Source: an uncultured Clostridia bacterium (GTDB lineage: Bacteria; Bacillota; Clostridia; Christensenellales; CAG-917). Taken from it: a stretch of 64,000 nucleotides of DNA. The notes beneath the pieces were generated by a model. It saw only the letters and a list, made by a program, of their open reading frames with translations, had not been told where the DNA came from and made no database searches. Below, piece by piece: positions 9,596 to 19,985 of the stretch (positions are counted from its first letter, which is position 1; every line of letters begins with the position of its first letter). The stretch spans positions 35,919-99,918 of the forward strand of contig CAUUJG010000001.1 in assembly GCA_963545485.1 (NCBI GenBank). Direction: 5' to 3'. Both the position numbers and the translations under genes were made by a program.

Positions 9596-10045
9596 ATGAA
9601 TACACATATTAAGAAAGGCGACAAAGTAATGGTTATTGCCGGTAAGGAAAAAGGAAAGACCGGTGAAGTGCTGATGGTAAATCCAGATGCACATAAAGTT
9701 ATCATTGAAGGAATAAATATTGTTTCAAGAGCAAAGAAGGCAAGAAGTGCTCAGGATACAGGTGGAATAGTAAAAAAAGAAGCAGCAATTGATGTTTCAA
9801 ATGTTATGCCAATATGTTCTAAATGTGATAAGCCGGTAAGAGTAAAACATGTTGTTGCAACTGATGCCAATGGCAAAAGTAAAAGTGCAAGAGTATGTGC
9901 AAAGTGTGGTGCTGTTCTTGAATTTACGAGCGAAGCTAAAAAAGTAGCAAAAAAAGCTAAGAAATCTGAAAAAGAAGAGCAAGCTACAGAAACAAAAACA
10001 AAAAAGAAAGTAGAAAAAACTGAAAAAACTACAGATAAGGAATAA
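9596..10045 (+). CDS. rplX: 50S ribosomal protein L24, extended form (CxxC..CxxC insert plus Lys/Glu-rich tail)
   Basis: KOW core ([21 protein letters not shown]). It also carries CSKC (aa 74-77) and CAKC (aa 101-104), and a highly charged tail of about 40 aa. 149 aa total, versus about 100-105 aa in typical L24. Confidence 0.93.
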   Translation: MNTHIKKGDKVMVIAGKEKGKTGEVLMVNPDAHKVIIEGINIVSRAKKARSAQDTGGIVKKEAAIDVSNVMPICSKCDKPVRVKHVVATDANGKSKSARVCAKCGAVLEFTSEAKKVAKKAKKSEKEEQATETKTKKKVEKTEKTTDKE

Positions 10046-10057
10046 TTGGAGGTAAAA

Positions 10058-10642
10058 GTGGCAACAAAGAAGGATCAGGTTGTTAAGGCAACTACAACCG
10101 ATAAAAACGCACTTAGAAAATTGTATACAGATACAGTTGTAAATGAACTTACTACGAAATTTGGATACAAGAACAGAATGCAAGTGCCTAAGATGGAAAA
10201 AATAGTTCTCAATATGGGACTAGGTGACTGTAAAGATAATCATAAGTCATTAAATCTTGCAGTAGATGAATTAAAGCTTATAGCGGGACAAAAACCGGTT
10301 ATAACAAAAGCGAAGAAAAGTATTGCAAACTTTAAAGTAAGAGAAAATATGAGTGTGGGAGCAAAGGTCACATTGAGAGGAGATAGAATGTATGACTTCT
10401 TTCAAAAGTTTACTGCGATTGCACTTCCAAGAGTTCGTGACTTTAGAGGAGTATCTAAAAAGTCTTTTGATGGAAGAGGAAACTATGCTCTAGGCATTAA
10501 AGAACAGTTGATTTTCCCAGAAATTCAGTATGATCAAATTGAAAAGATTCGTGGATTTGATATTTGTATTGTAACAACAGCAAAAACAGACGAAGAGGCA
10601 TGTGAATTATTGCAGTTAATGGGCATGCCATTTGCGAAATAG
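10058..10642 (+). CDS. rplE: 50S ribosomal protein L5
   Basis: uL5 core ([15 protein letters not shown]..., [16 protein letters not shown]). I prefer GTG 10058, 5 nt after GGAGG (10049-10053), over the track's TTG 10046, which lies inside the SD. Carries a short N-terminal extension. Confidence 0.93.
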   Translation: MATKKDQVVKATTTDKNALRKLYTDTVVNELTTKFGYKNRMQVPKMEKIVLNMGLGDCKDNHKSLNLAVDELKLIAGQKPVITKAKKSIANFKVRENMSVGAKVTLRGDRMYDFFQKFTAIALPRVRDFRGVSKKSFDGRGNYALGIKEQLIFPEIQYDQIEKIRGFDICIVTTAKTDEEACELLQLMGMPFAK

Positions 10643-10653
10643 GAGATAAAAAT

Positions 10654-10839
10654 ATGGCAAAAACAGCTATGAAAGTAAAACAGCAAAGAAAACAAAAGTT
10701 TTCAACCCGTGAATACACGAGATGCAATTTATGTGGTCGTCCACATGCAGTTTTGAAAAAATACGGCATTTGCAGGGTTTGTTTTAGAGAGTTGGCATAC
10801 AACGGTCAAATACCCGGTGTAAAAAAGGCAAGTTGGTAG
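10654..10839 (+). CDS. rpsN: 30S ribosomal protein S14, type Z (zinc-binding)
   Basis: 61 aa with a [23 protein letters not shown] zinc motif. Confidence 0.97.
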   Translation: MAKTAMKVKQQRKQKFSTREYTRCNLCGRPHAVLKKYGICRVCFRELAYNGQIPGVKKASW

Positions 10840-10852
10840 GAGGTAAATAATA

Positions 10853-11242
10853 ATGACAGATCCAATAGCAGATATGCTTACAAGAATTAGAAACGCAATA
10901 ATTGCTCGTCACAAGGATGTTGAAATACCTCAGAGTAAAGAAAAACTTGCGATTGCAGAGATTTTATTAAAAGAAGGATATATTAAAGGATTTACAAAAA
11001 TAGAAAATCCCGTACAGAATACATTACTTGTGGAATTGAAATATATTGATGACAAAAATGTTATTACTGGATTGGAAAGAGTTTCCAAACCAGGATTAAG
11101 AATATATTCAGGGGTTGCAGATTTACCTAAAGTTTTAAATGGAATGGGAATAGCAATAGTATCTACATCAAAAGGTGTTATGTCTGATAGGGAAGCAAGA
11201 GAACAACACATTGGTGGTGAAGTTCTTGCTTATGTCTGGTAG
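10853..11242 (+). CDS. rpsH: 30S ribosomal protein S8
   Basis: [15 protein letters not shown] is canonical uS8. Confidence 0.98.
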   Translation: MTDPIADMLTRIRNAIIARHKDVEIPQSKEKLAIAEILLKEGYIKGFTKIENPVQNTLLVELKYIDDKNVITGLERVSKPGLRIYSGVADLPKVLNGMGIAIVSTSKGVMSDREAREQHIGGEVLAYVW

Positions 11243-11250
11243 GAGGAAAA

Positions 11251-11790
11251 ATGTCTAGAATAGGAAGAGCTCCAATAAGTATTCCAAATGGTGTTACTGT
11301 AACTGTTGCAGATAATAAGGTTACAGTTAAAGGACCATTAGGACAATTGGAAAAAGATTTTGATAGCCGTATATCAGTTAAGGTGGAAAACAACCAAGTT
11401 TTAGTTTTAAGGAGCAATGATGAAAAAGAAGTCAAAGCTTTACATGGTTTGTATAGAGCACTTATTCAGAATATGGTCAATGGTGTTGTTAAAGAGTTTG
11501 AAAAAGCACTCATTGTTCATGGCGTAGGTTACAAAATGACAGTTGTAGGCAAAAAACTCACTATGAATATAGGGTTTTCACATCCTATTGAGATTGAGGC
11601 TCCAGAAGGAATTTCTTTTGCATTACCACAACCTCTTGAATTAGTAGTTAAAGGCATTGATAAGGAACTTGTAGGACAGGTAGCCGCAATGATTAAATTC
11701 AAGAAACCAGTTGAACCATATCATGGTTATGGAATTCACTACAAAGATGAAGTAGTTTTGAGAAAAGAAGGCAAGAAAGCCGGTAAATAG
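11251..11790 (+). CDS. rplF: 50S ribosomal protein L6
   Basis: MSRIGRAPISIPNGVTV is canonical uL6. Confidence 0.97.
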   Translation: MSRIGRAPISIPNGVTVTVADNKVTVKGPLGQLEKDFDSRISVKVENNQVLVLRSNDEKEVKALHGLYRALIQNMVNGVVKEFEKALIVHGVGYKMTVVGKKLTMNIGFSHPIEIEAPEGISFALPQPLELVVKGIDKELVGQVAAMIKFKKPVEPYHGYGIHYKDEVVLRKEGKKAGK

Positions 11791-11799
11791 AGGTAGGAT

Positions 11800-12168
11800 A
11801 TGATAAACAAGATTGATAAAAATAAAGATAGAGTTATCCGTCATCAGAGAGTTAGAAAAAAAGTGTCCGGGACAGCGGAGAGACCTCGTTTATCCGTATA
11901 TAGGAGTTTAAATCATATTTATACTCAGCTAATTGATGATGTAAAAGGAGTTACACTCTGTTCGGCATCAACTATGGAAAAAGAAATTTCAAGTAAAATT
12001 GCCAAGATGACAAAGACAGAAGCGGCAGCATTGGTTGGAGAAGTAATTGGTCAAAGAGCAATTAAAGCCGGAATAAAAGAAATTGTTTTTGACAGAGGCG
12101 GTTATATATATACCGGTAGAGTTCAGGCAGTTGCTGATGCGGCAAGAAAAACTGGGCTTATATTCTAG
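11800..12168 (+). CDS. rplR: 50S ribosomal protein L18
   Basis: uL18-like sequence ([23 protein letters not shown]..., [20 protein letters not shown]). Confidence 0.97.
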   Translation: MINKIDKNKDRVIRHQRVRKKVSGTAERPRLSVYRSLNHIYTQLIDDVKGVTLCSASTMEKEISSKIAKMTKTEAAALVGEVIGQRAIKAGIKEIVFDRGGYIYTGRVQAVADAARKTGLIF

Positions 12169-12177
12169 GAGGAAATC

Positions 12178-12684
12178 ATGGCAGAGAGAAGAAATGACAG
12201 AAGAAGAGAAGAAACAGATTCAATTCAGAGCAAGACAATAAGCATTAACAGAGTAACAAAAGTTGTAAAGGGCGGAAGAACAATGCGTTTTACAGCATTA
12301 GTTGTTGTTGGTGACGGTAATGGGAGTGTTGGTTTAGGCTTAGGCAAAGCAGCTGAAGTTCCTGAAGCAATTGAAAAGGCGACACAACTTGCAAAGAGAA
12401 GTATGATAAAAATAGCAACGAAGGATACAACAATTCCACACAGAACAATTGGTAAGTTTGGAAGAGGTTCTGTTCTTTTAATTCCAGCAAAGGAAGGAAC
12501 TGGAGTTATTGCCGGTGGACCTGTAAGACTAGTTCTTGAAGTTTCAGGAATACAGGATATAAGAACAAAATCATTGGGAACAAGTAATCCTATAAATTGT
12601 GCAAAAGCAACAATAGCGGGCTTAAAAAGTTTAAGAAATGCCGAAGAGATTGCAGCACTTCGTGGTGTTGATCTTAAGGTATAG
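12178..12684 (+). CDS. rpsE: 30S ribosomal protein S5
   Basis: uS5-like sequence ([27 protein letters not shown]). Confidence 0.97.
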   Translation: MAERRNDRRREETDSIQSKTISINRVTKVVKGGRTMRFTALVVVGDGNGSVGLGLGKAAEVPEAIEKATQLAKRSMIKIATKDTTIPHRTIGKFGRGSVLLIPAKEGTGVIAGGPVRLVLEVSGIQDIRTKSLGTSNPINCAKATIAGLKSLRNAEEIAALRGVDLKV

Positions 12685-12698
12685 TAAGAGGTGTACAA

Positions 12699-12896
12699 AT
12701 GGCAAAGAAGTCAGAAGATAAAAGTGTTAAAATAACATTGGTGAAAAGTACAATCGGATGTTTAAAAAAACAGAAGGCAACAGTTGAAGCTTTAGGGTTA
12801 AAGAAGATTGGATCGTCGAATGTTCTTAAAGACACAGAAGTTCTTCGTGGAATGATTAATGTAGTGTCACATTTGGTGAAGGTGGAGGAAGCGTAA
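12699..12896 (+). CDS. rpmD: 50S ribosomal protein L30
   Basis: 65 aa, uL30-like ([26 protein letters not shown]). Confidence 0.93.
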   Translation: MAKKSEDKSVKITLVKSTIGCLKKQKATVEALGLKKIGSSNVLKDTEVLRGMINVVSHLVKVEEA

Positions 12897-13345
12897 TGAA
12901 AATACATGATTTAGAACCGGCAATTGGTGCAAAGAGAGATACAAAACGTGTTGGTCGTGGAATAGGTTCCGGAACTGGAAAAACTTCAACAAGAGGACAT
13001 AAAGGACAATGGGCTAGAAGTGGTGGTGGTGTAAGACCAAACTTTGAAGGTGGTCAAATGCCAATGACTCGTAGACTTCCTAAGGTAGGTTTTAATAACA
13101 AACGTTTTGAAAAGAAATATAATATAGTCAATCTTGATGATTTTGATTCATTTAATGATGGAGATAAAGTAGGTTTGGCAGAATTATTGGCAAGTGGAAA
13201 AATTAACAAGATTGCCAAAAACGGTTTAAAAGTATTAGGAAATGGAGAATTAAAAAAGAAGGTGGAAATTGTAGCTGCCAAAGCATCTAAGCAAGCAATC
13301 GAAAAGATTGAAAAAGCGGGTGGAAAAATATGCTTGAAACAATAA
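12896..13345 (+). CDS. rplO: 50S ribosomal protein L15
   Basis: uL15-like sequence (KRVGRGIGSGTGKTSTRGHKGQ). Confidence 0.96.
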   Translation: MKIHDLEPAIGAKRDTKRVGRGIGSGTGKTSTRGHKGQWARSGGGVRPNFEGGQMPMTRRLPKVGFNNKRFEKKYNIVNLDDFDSFNDGDKVGLAELLASGKINKIAKNGLKVLGNGELKKKVEIVAAKASKQAIEKIEKAGGKICLKQ

Positions 13346-14661
13346 AAAATGCATTTAAATCTAAAGATATAAGAATTAAAATATGGATGACATTATTTAT
13401 GGTCTTTATCTTTAGAGTTGGTTCGTTTATTCCGATTCCAGGTTTGAGTGGTGGAACATTAACTCAGGCTTTGGGAGCAAGTAAGGATTCAGGGTTAAAC
13501 TTTGTTCAGGTATTATCAACATTATCTGGTGGTTCGTTAGCACAAGGAACTCTTTTTTCTTTAGGAATCTTACCGTTTATTAATGCATTTATTATTATTC
13601 AGCTTTTATCAATAGTTATTCCGAGTTTGCAAAGACTTACAAAAGAAGGAGAAGCAGGAAGAGAAAGAATAACTCAAATAACAAGATATATAGCTATTGT
13701 GTTGGCAATAGTGCAGGCAATAGGTGTTATAGTAGCTTTTAAAAAGAATATAACACCATTATTTTCAAGTTTTGAAGATAAAGATAAAGGTAACGCATAC
13801 CTTACATACACATTAATCGCAACAATCCTTGTTGGTGGAAGCTGTATGGTTATGTGGCTGTCTGAAAGAATAACAGAATATGGAATTGGAAATGGTACAT
13901 CAATCATTATTTTTGTAGGAATTATAGCTCAAGCAGGCACAACTCTTGCAGGAGCGTTTAAATCTGCGAGCAATGATTTAGATAAATTGTGGAACATATT
14001 TGGATTCTTATTAATTACTGTAGCAATATTTGTATTTATTATTTTCTTTGATATAGCAGAAAGAAGAATAAATGTTCAATATTCAAAGCAGGTTAGAGGA
14101 AATAGAATGTATGGTGGACAATCTACATATATACCTATTAAAGTTAATGCAAATGGAGTTATGCCGATAATATTTGCATCTTCTATTGTTATATTCCCAC
14201 AAATGATATTTCAGTTATTCGCACCAGAAAGTAAGGCTACAGCATGGTATGCACAGCATATGGGTAGTGGAAAGGCACCATATTATATATTCCTTATACT
14301 CTTTATATTCTTTTTTGCGTTTTTCTATTCACAGATTCAGTTTAATCCAGATGATGTATCAAAGAATATTCAGCAGTACGGTGGATTTATTCCTGGAATC
14401 AGAGCAGGAAAGCCAACAAGTGATTATTTAAGAAAAATAAATAACAGAATAACATTATTTGGAGCGATATTTCTTGGAGTTATTGCTTTAATTCCATCGT
14501 TGATCTTTAGAGCATTAGCCGGTTGGAATTCAAATGAATTAGGATTTGGACATGCATTCTCTGCAACGGGATTGTTGATTGTAGTTTCGGTATCGTTGGA
14601 ATTGCATAAACAGCTTGAGGCTCAGATAATGATGAAGCATTATAAAGGATTCTTGAAATAA
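13330..14661 (+). CDS. secY: preprotein translocase subunit SecY
   Basis: 443 aa, 10-TM pattern. The conserved N-terminus (IRIKIWMTLFMVFIFRVGSFIPIPG) and operon position support the call. Confidence 0.97.
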   Translation: MLETIKNAFKSKDIRIKIWMTLFMVFIFRVGSFIPIPGLSGGTLTQALGASKDSGLNFVQVLSTLSGGSLAQGTLFSLGILPFINAFIIIQLLSIVIPSLQRLTKEGEAGRERITQITRYIAIVLAIVQAIGVIVAFKKNITPLFSSFEDKDKGNAYLTYTLIATILVGGSCMVMWLSERITEYGIGNGTSIIIFVGIIAQAGTTLAGAFKSASNDLDKLWNIFGFLLITVAIFVFIIFFDIAERRINVQYSKQVRGNRMYGGQSTYIPIKVNANGVMPIIFASSIVIFPQMIFQLFAPESKATAWYAQHMGSGKAPYYIFLILFIFFFAFFYSQIQFNPDDVSKNIQQYGGFIPGIRAGKPTSDYLRKINNRITLFGAIFLGVIALIPSLIFRALAGWNSNELGFGHAFSATGLLIVVSVSLELHKQLEAQIMMKHYKGFLK

Positions 14662-14705
14662 ATAAAAAGGAATGGTATAATATTTCGCATTCGATAAGAG
14701 GAAAA

Positions 14706-15329
14706 ATGAAAAAAATAATATTGTTAGGAGCACCAGGAGCAGGTAAAGGAACACTTGCAATAAAGATGAAAGAAAAATACGGAATACCGCATGTTTCAAC
14801 AGGTGATATCTTAAGAGAAAATATAAGAAATAAAACAGAATTAGGGATTAAAGCCAAAGATCTTATTGATAAAGGACAGCTTGTACCAGATGAACTCGTT
14901 GTTGAGATTATAAAGGATAGACTATCAAAGGAAGATGCGAAAAACGGAGTTATACTTGATGGTTTTCCAAGAAATATAAAACAGGCTGAAATTCTTGATA
15001 GTTTTTATGATATAGATGTTGTAATAAACATGATTGCAGATGAAAAAGTCATTCTTGAAAGGTTAACCGGAAGAAGAGTGTGTAAATGTGGAGGAACATT
15101 TAATGTAAAGTATTTAAATGGTTCTGATATCTGCAGCATATGTGGAGAGAAGTTATATACAAGAGATGATGACAAAGAAGAAGTAATACTTGATAGATTG
15201 AAAGTATATAACAGTTCTACAGCACCATTAATAGACCACTATACGAAACAGAATAAAGTTGTGGATGTGGATGCAAATCAAGACAGTGAATTAGTATTGT
15301 CTGAAGTCGGTAAGCTGTTGAATGATTAG
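14706..15329 (+). CDS. adk: adenylate kinase (zinc-lid type)
   Basis: P-loop GAPGAGKGT. Lid with CKCG...CSICG cysteines. Confidence 0.97.
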   Translation: MKKIILLGAPGAGKGTLAIKMKEKYGIPHVSTGDILRENIRNKTELGIKAKDLIDKGQLVPDELVVEIIKDRLSKEDAKNGVILDGFPRNIKQAEILDSFYDIDVVINMIADEKVILERLTGRRVCKCGGTFNVKYLNGSDICSICGEKLYTRDDDKEEVILDRLKVYNSSTAPLIDHYTKQNKVVDVDANQDSELVLSEVGKLLND

Positions 15330-16065
15330 AATAAAGTCAAAAGCCGATATATTAAAAATGAAAGCGTCGGCTGAGATATTGAAAAATTTGCTTTTGTATC
15401 TTGAAGAGATAACGGAAGTTGGAATAACAACAAAAGAATTGGATAGAAGAGCAAGAGAATTTATAAAAAAACATAAAGGAATACCGTCATTTCTTGGATA
15501 TGGAGGATTTCCAGCAGCAATTTGTACATCAATTAATGAACAAGTTGTTCATGGGATACCATCAGATAGAGAATTGAAAGACGGAGACATTATAAGTGTT
15601 GACGGTGGAGTAATCCTTGATGAGTGGCATTCGGATGCTGCAAGAACCTTTTTAGTTGGGAATGTGGATGCACGGGTTAAAAAACTTGTTGAAGATACGA
15701 AGCAGAGCTTTTTTGAAGGAGTTAAAGCCTTTAAGGAAGGGAATCATATTGGTGATATCGGGCATGCGGTTCAGACATATTGTGAAAGTAGAGGATATGG
15801 TGTTGTAAAAGAAATGGTTGGACACGGAATCGGTAAAGATCTTCATGAAGATCCATCGGTACCTAATTATGGCAAGCCAGGATTTGGGAAGCGAATACAA
15901 GTAGGGATGACACTAGCTATCGAACCAATGATTACTTTAGGAACAGACAGAATCGTTATACATGATGATGGATGGACATGCACGACAGCGGATGGTTCGA
16001 TATGTGCACATTATGAAAACACATGTGCATTGACAGAAAATGGAGTTGAGATTTTAACACTGTAA
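15322..16065 (+). CDS. map: type I methionine aminopeptidase
   Basis: MetAP metal-ligand context (ISVDGGVILDEWHSDAART, GHGIGKDLHEDP, LAIEPM). Confidence 0.96.
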   Translation: MIRIKSKADILKMKASAEILKNLLLYLEEITEVGITTKELDRRAREFIKKHKGIPSFLGYGGFPAAICTSINEQVVHGIPSDRELKDGDIISVDGGVILDEWHSDAARTFLVGNVDARVKKLVEDTKQSFFEGVKAFKEGNHIGDIGHAVQTYCESRGYGVVKEMVGHGIGKDLHEDPSVPNYGKPGFGKRIQVGMTLAIEPMITLGTDRIVIHDDGWTCTTADGSICAHYENTCALTENGVEILTL

Positions 16066-16066
16066 T

Positions 16067-16330
16067 ATGGAATTGGGAGAAGTGGTTTATTCTAAAGCAG
16101 GAAGAGACAGCAAATCATATTATATTGTTGTTGAAATTGTAGATGATAATGCAGTAAAAATAGCCGATGGTGGGCTCAGAAAAATACAAAAGGCTAAGCT
16201 TAAAAATATTAAGCATGTAAAAAGTATCGGAATTGTCTTAGAAAAGATAAAGTCGAAACTACAAAAAGGTATAAAAGTATTTAATCCTGAGATCTACAGT
16301 GCTCTAAAAGAGTACAACGAAAAGATATAA
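16067..16330 (+). CDS. KOW-domain RNA-binding protein
   Basis: 87-aa ORF (GEVVYSKAGRDSKSYYIVVEIVDD) in the map-infA gap, where many Clostridia-type genomes carry this small KOW protein. Confidence 0.8.
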   Translation: MELGEVVYSKAGRDSKSYYIVVEIVDDNAVKIADGGLRKIQKAKLKNIKHVKSIGIVLEKIKSKLQKGIKVFNPEIYSALKEYNEKI

Positions 16331-16339
16331 AGGAGGATT

Positions 16340-16558
16340 ATGTCGAGAGACGATGTAATTGAGGCGGAAGGTAAGGTAATCGAAGTTCTGCCGCAGACAC
16401 AGTTTAAAGTGCAGTTACCTAATGGACATGTTATATTAGCATACTTAGGTGGCAAGTTAAGAGTTAATAATATAAGAATTTTGGAAGGAGATAAGGTGAA
16501 AATAGAATTGTCACCGTATGACCTTACAAAAGGAAGAATAATATACAGAAATAAATAG
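16340..16558 (+). CDS. infA: translation initiation factor IF-1
   Basis: 72 aa, S1-like IF-1 sequence ([36 protein letters not shown]). Confidence 0.97.
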   Translation: MSRDDVIEAEGKVIEVLPQTQFKVQLPNGHVILAYLGGKLRVNNIRILEGDKVKIELSPYDLTKGRIIYRNK

Positions 16559-16568
16559 GAGATAGACA

Positions 16569-16685
16569 ATGAAAGTCAGACCAAGTGTAAAACCGATATG
16601 TGATAAGTGTAAAGTTATTAAGAGAAACGGGAAAGTAATGGTTATTTGCCCAAAGTATCCTAAGCATAAGCAGAGACAGGGTTAA
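16569..16685 (+). CDS. rpmJ: 50S ribosomal protein L36 (zinc form)
   Basis: Not in the ORF track (38 aa). ATG 16569 to TAA 16683-16685 translates to [38 protein letters not shown]. Confidence 0.95.
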   Translation: MKVRPSVKPICDKCKVIKRNGKVMVICPKYPKHKQRQG

Positions 16686-16769
16686 TTGATGCAAAGCGGC
16701 TGGTCGCACATTCCAAAAACTGCGACACTTTGTATGTATAGATAGATATACTAAAAATTTGGAGGAAAT

Positions 16770-17141
16770 ATGGCAAGAATAGCTGGCGTGGACTTACCAC
16801 GTGAGAAAAGAGTAGAAATTGGATTAACATATATTTATGGAATCGGATTACCTACATCTAAAAGAATTCTGGAAACAACCAAGATAGATCCTAATAAGAG
16901 AGTTAAGGATTTAACAGAGGCTGAAGTAAGTAAAATAAGAGAATACATTGAAAAGAACAATGTTCATGTAGAAGGAGATTTAAAACGAGATGTTGCGATG
17001 AGCATCAAGAGACTGACTGAAATCGGGTGCTATCGTGGATTGCGTCACAGAAGAAATCTTCCAGTAAGAGGACAGAGTTCAAAGCAGAACGCAAGAACCA
17101 GAAAAGGTCCAAAACGTACTGTAAGTCGTAAGAAGAAGTAA
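16770..17141 (+). CDS. rpsM: 30S ribosomal protein S13
   Basis: [26 protein letters not shown] is canonical uS13. Confidence 0.98.
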   Translation: MARIAGVDLPREKRVEIGLTYIYGIGLPTSKRILETTKIDPNKRVKDLTEAEVSKIREYIEKNNVHVEGDLKRDVAMSIKRLTEIGCYRGLRHRRNLPVRGQSSKQNARTRKGPKRTVSRKKK

Positions 17142-17151
17142 GGAGTAGAAT

Positions 17152-17544
17152 ATGGCAGCACCAGTAAGAAAAGTAAAAAAAAGAAGAGATATTAAAAATA
17201 TTGAAAAAGGACAGGCTCATATACATGCATCCAGTAATAATACAATTGTTACAATTACAGATTTAAATGGGAATGCAATTTCATGGTCATCATCTGGAAA
17301 ACTAAAGTTGAGAGGTTCAAGAAAATCAACAGCATATGCGGCACAGCAGGTTAGTGAGGATGCAGCAAAAGTTGCATACGATCTCGGGATGAGGAAAATA
17401 GAAGTTTATGTTAAGGGAGCCGGGCAAGGTAGAGAATCCGCAATCAGAGCATTGGGTAATATTGGAATGGAAGTAACATTGATTCATGATGTTTCCCCGA
17501 TTGCACATAATGGATGTCGTCCACCAAAGCCAAGGAAACTGTAA
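17152..17544 (+). CDS. rpsK: 30S ribosomal protein S11
   Basis: uS11-like sequence ([27 protein letters not shown]). Confidence 0.97.
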   Translation: MAAPVRKVKKRRDIKNIEKGQAHIHASSNNTIVTITDLNGNAISWSSSGKLKLRGSRKSTAYAAQQVSEDAAKVAYDLGMRKIEVYVKGAGQGRESAIRALGNIGMEVTLIHDVSPIAHNGCRPPKPRKL

Positions 17545-17562
17545 GATTAGGAGGTTAATGAA

Positions 17563-18159
17563 ATGGCAAAATATACGGGACCAGTTTTAAAGAGATGTAG
17601 AGCATTAGGAATACAGCCTATTGAAATCGGATATAATAAAAGAAGTGAACGTGGCAGAATAATTAAGAAAGGCAAAAAACAGAAAGGTTACGCATTACAA
17701 CTGAGAGAGAAACAGAAAGTTAAATTCATATATGGTGTATTAGAAAAGCAATTTAGAAAGTATTTTGAAAAAGCTGAAAAAATGCGTGGGATCACTGGTG
17801 AAAACATGTTAATTCTTTTAGAAAGAAGAATAGATAATGTTGTATACAGATTAGGAATGGCAAAAACAAGACCACAGGCAAGACAGATGGTTAATCATGG
17901 ATTAATTACTGTTAATGGGAACACTCTTGATATTCCATCAGCATTAATTAATGCTGGAGATGTTATTTCAGTAAAAGAGAATAAGAAAAAGTCTACAATG
18001 TGGGATGCAGTTAAAGCTGAAAAGAATCTTGGCATTTTACCTTGGCTTGAATTTGATAATGAAAATCTTGTCGGAAAGGTTGTTGCATTACCAAAAAGAG
18101 AAGATATAAAGGATGTTGACATAAAAGAACATCTGATTGTTGAGTTGTACTCTAAATAA
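17563..18159 (+). CDS. rpsD: 30S ribosomal protein S4
   Basis: MAKYTGPVLKRCRALG... plus a C-terminal S4 RNA-binding domain. Confidence 0.97.
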   Translation: MAKYTGPVLKRCRALGIQPIEIGYNKRSERGRIIKKGKKQKGYALQLREKQKVKFIYGVLEKQFRKYFEKAEKMRGITGENMLILLERRIDNVVYRLGMAKTRPQARQMVNHGLITVNGNTLDIPSALINAGDVISVKENKKKSTMWDAVKAEKNLGILPWLEFDNENLVGKVVALPKREDIKDVDIKEHLIVELYSK

Positions 18160-18176
18160 TAAAGGAGGAGTGATTG

Positions 18177-19133
18177 ATGTTAGAAATGAAAAAACCCGAA
18201 TTAAAGACAGTTTCGGAAAGTGCGGACAAATCAAATTTGATTTTAAAAATGGAACCTTTGGAAAGAGGTTTTGGGATAACTATTGGAAACTGCTTAAGAC
18301 GAATATTATTAGGCTCGTTACCAGGTGTCGCCGTTGTTGGGGTGAAAATTAATGGAGTAGAGCATGAGTTTTCAGCTATCAAGGGTGTAAAAGAAGAAGT
18401 TACTGAAATCATACTTAATTTAAAATCATTGCGTTTTAAAATTAATGTGCCTGTTGAGAGTATTGTTCGTCCATTTGAGTGTCGTTTGAAAACAAATAAG
18501 GTTGGAGCTGTTCTTGCAGGTGAAATTTCAACTTCTTCGGATATAGAAGTAGTCAATAAAGATCAGACTATATGTACTCTTGATGAGGGTGGTAAAATTG
18601 ATATGACAGTTTATATAGGTCTTGGAAGAGGATATATTTCTGCAGATCAACAGGAAAAAGCAAGTGAAGATCCTTCATTTATAGCAACAGATTCAATTTT
18701 TACACCTGTAACATCATGTAGATATGAAGTTGAAAAAACTCGTGTAAAACAGGATATAAATTTTGATAGATTAATTCTTGAAGTTCAGACAGATGGAACT
18801 GTTTCAGCAAAAGAAATTATTGCAACAGCATCAAAAATTATGAATGATCATCTTGAAACACTAATAGACCAAGTTGAAAATTTAAAGTTCGCGAATTTAC
18901 TAAACACATCTTCAGATGATGCAAAAATTGATTATTCAACCAAGTATATTGAGGAGATTGGTTTATCGGTAAGACCGGTAAATTGTCTTAAATCTGCAAA
19001 TATCTTTACAGTACAGGATTTGTTAAATAAGACCCAAAAGGATATGGATGAAATTAAGAATCTTGGGAAGAAGTCATTAGATGAGATTGAAGAGAAATTA
19101 AAAGAGATGGGATTGTCATTTAAAGAAGAGTAG
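18177..19133 (+). CDS. rpoA: DNA-directed RNA polymerase subunit alpha
   Basis: RpoA N-terminal domain (LERGFGITIGNCLRRILLGSLPG) and C-terminal domain (LSVRPVNCLKSANIFTVQDL). ATG 18177, 6 nt after AGGAGGAG, is preferred over TTG 18174. Confidence 0.96.
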   Translation: MLEMKKPELKTVSESADKSNLILKMEPLERGFGITIGNCLRRILLGSLPGVAVVGVKINGVEHEFSAIKGVKEEVTEIILNLKSLRFKINVPVESIVRPFECRLKTNKVGAVLAGEISTSSDIEVVNKDQTICTLDEGGKIDMTVYIGLGRGYISADQQEKASEDPSFIATDSIFTPVTSCRYEVEKTRVKQDINFDRLILEVQTDGTVSAKEIIATASKIMNDHLETLIDQVENLKFANLLNTSSDDAKIDYSTKYIEEIGLSVRPVNCLKSANIFTVQDLLNKTQKDMDEIKNLGKKSLDEIEEKLKEMGLSFKEE

Positions 19134-19142
19134 GAGGAATAC

Positions 19143-19649
19143 ATGTCTAAGAAAATAGGTAAACGCACAGATCAGAGAATGGCTCTGTTAACAAATCAGG
19201 TATCGGAGTTACTTTGGTATGGTGAAATAAATACAACAGTTGATCGTGCTAAGCAAGTACGAAGTATAGCTGAAAAATTCATCACTATGGCAATGAGAAC
19301 ATATAAAGATGAAGTTAAAGTAAAGAAGGAAGTAAAGAATTCAAAGGGTGAAAAGGTTAGCAAATCTTTTGTAAATGATGGACCTAAGAAGCTTGCTGTT
19401 AGAAGAAGACTTATGGCTGAATTAATTGATATTCAAGAAGTGAAGGGCGAAAAAGAAAAGAAATCTGCTTTTAGGAAGCGTATAAAGGATGTTAATCATC
19501 CATTGATTGAAAAAATCTTTAAGGAATTAGCACCAAAGTATGCGAAACGAGAGGAAGAACTTAAACAAGGTGGCGGATATACAAGTATTATTAGAACTGG
19601 TCAAAGAGTAGGTGATGGAGCAAATACTTGTATTTTAAGACTTATCTAA
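19143..19649 (+). CDS. rplQ: 50S ribosomal protein L17 (with internal charged insertion)
   Basis: bL17 N-terminus and C-terminus (GGGYTSIIRTGQRVGDGA). 168 aa because of a Lys-rich internal insert. Confidence 0.94.
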   Translation: MSKKIGKRTDQRMALLTNQVSELLWYGEINTTVDRAKQVRSIAEKFITMAMRTYKDEVKVKKEVKNSKGEKVSKSFVNDGPKKLAVRRRLMAELIDIQEVKGEKEKKSAFRKRIKDVNHPLIEKIFKELAPKYAKREEELKQGGGYTSIIRTGQRVGDGANTCILRLI

Positions 19650-19685
19650 GAGTACATCTAAAAAAATATAATGTATGAATAAAAA

Positions 19686-19708
19686 GGATGCGAAAGCATC
19701 CTTTTTTT
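19686..19708 (+). terminator. intrinsic terminator ending the ribosomal superoperon
   Basis: GGATGC-GAAA-GCATCC hairpin followed by T7. Confidence 0.8.
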
Positions 19709-19985
19709 AAGAGTTAAATAATGTTGACAAATGTCTGCGTTGTGAGGGAGGATAAGATTAAAAGAAAACTAGGTAAGAAATGAAAATAAGAGCATTCACC
19801 AAAAGATTTGAAAACGCCAAAGGAAGATGATCACTATGGGGTAAGGATCGTAGGGAAAAAAGTAGTATTGGGAACAAAAAGTCTATCAAAGAATTTAGAA
19901 AAGCATTTGAATAAAAATAAGATTAAGGTTGAAACTATAATTTATTGGCTATATAATTAAAAAGGATTTGTTGGAGGAGTATAAA

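Noticed and set aside
16703-16726. Hairpin GTCGCA-N12-TGCGAC between rpmJ and rpsM as a possible S4-type translational operator
   Set aside because: It is a single 6-bp stem with a large loop. The idea is plausible by analogy with alpha-operon leaders, but the sequence alone does not support it.
4234-19168. Dozens of 60-175-aa antisense or alternative-frame ORFs across the ribosomal superoperon (e.g. 5865..6392, 12225..12698, 18152..18556, 18137..18352)
   Set aside because: Each is fully embedded in an unmistakable ribosomal, secY, adk or rpoA gene. They have no SD sites, and their translations are low-complexity. They are typical spurious ORFs of AT-rich DNA.
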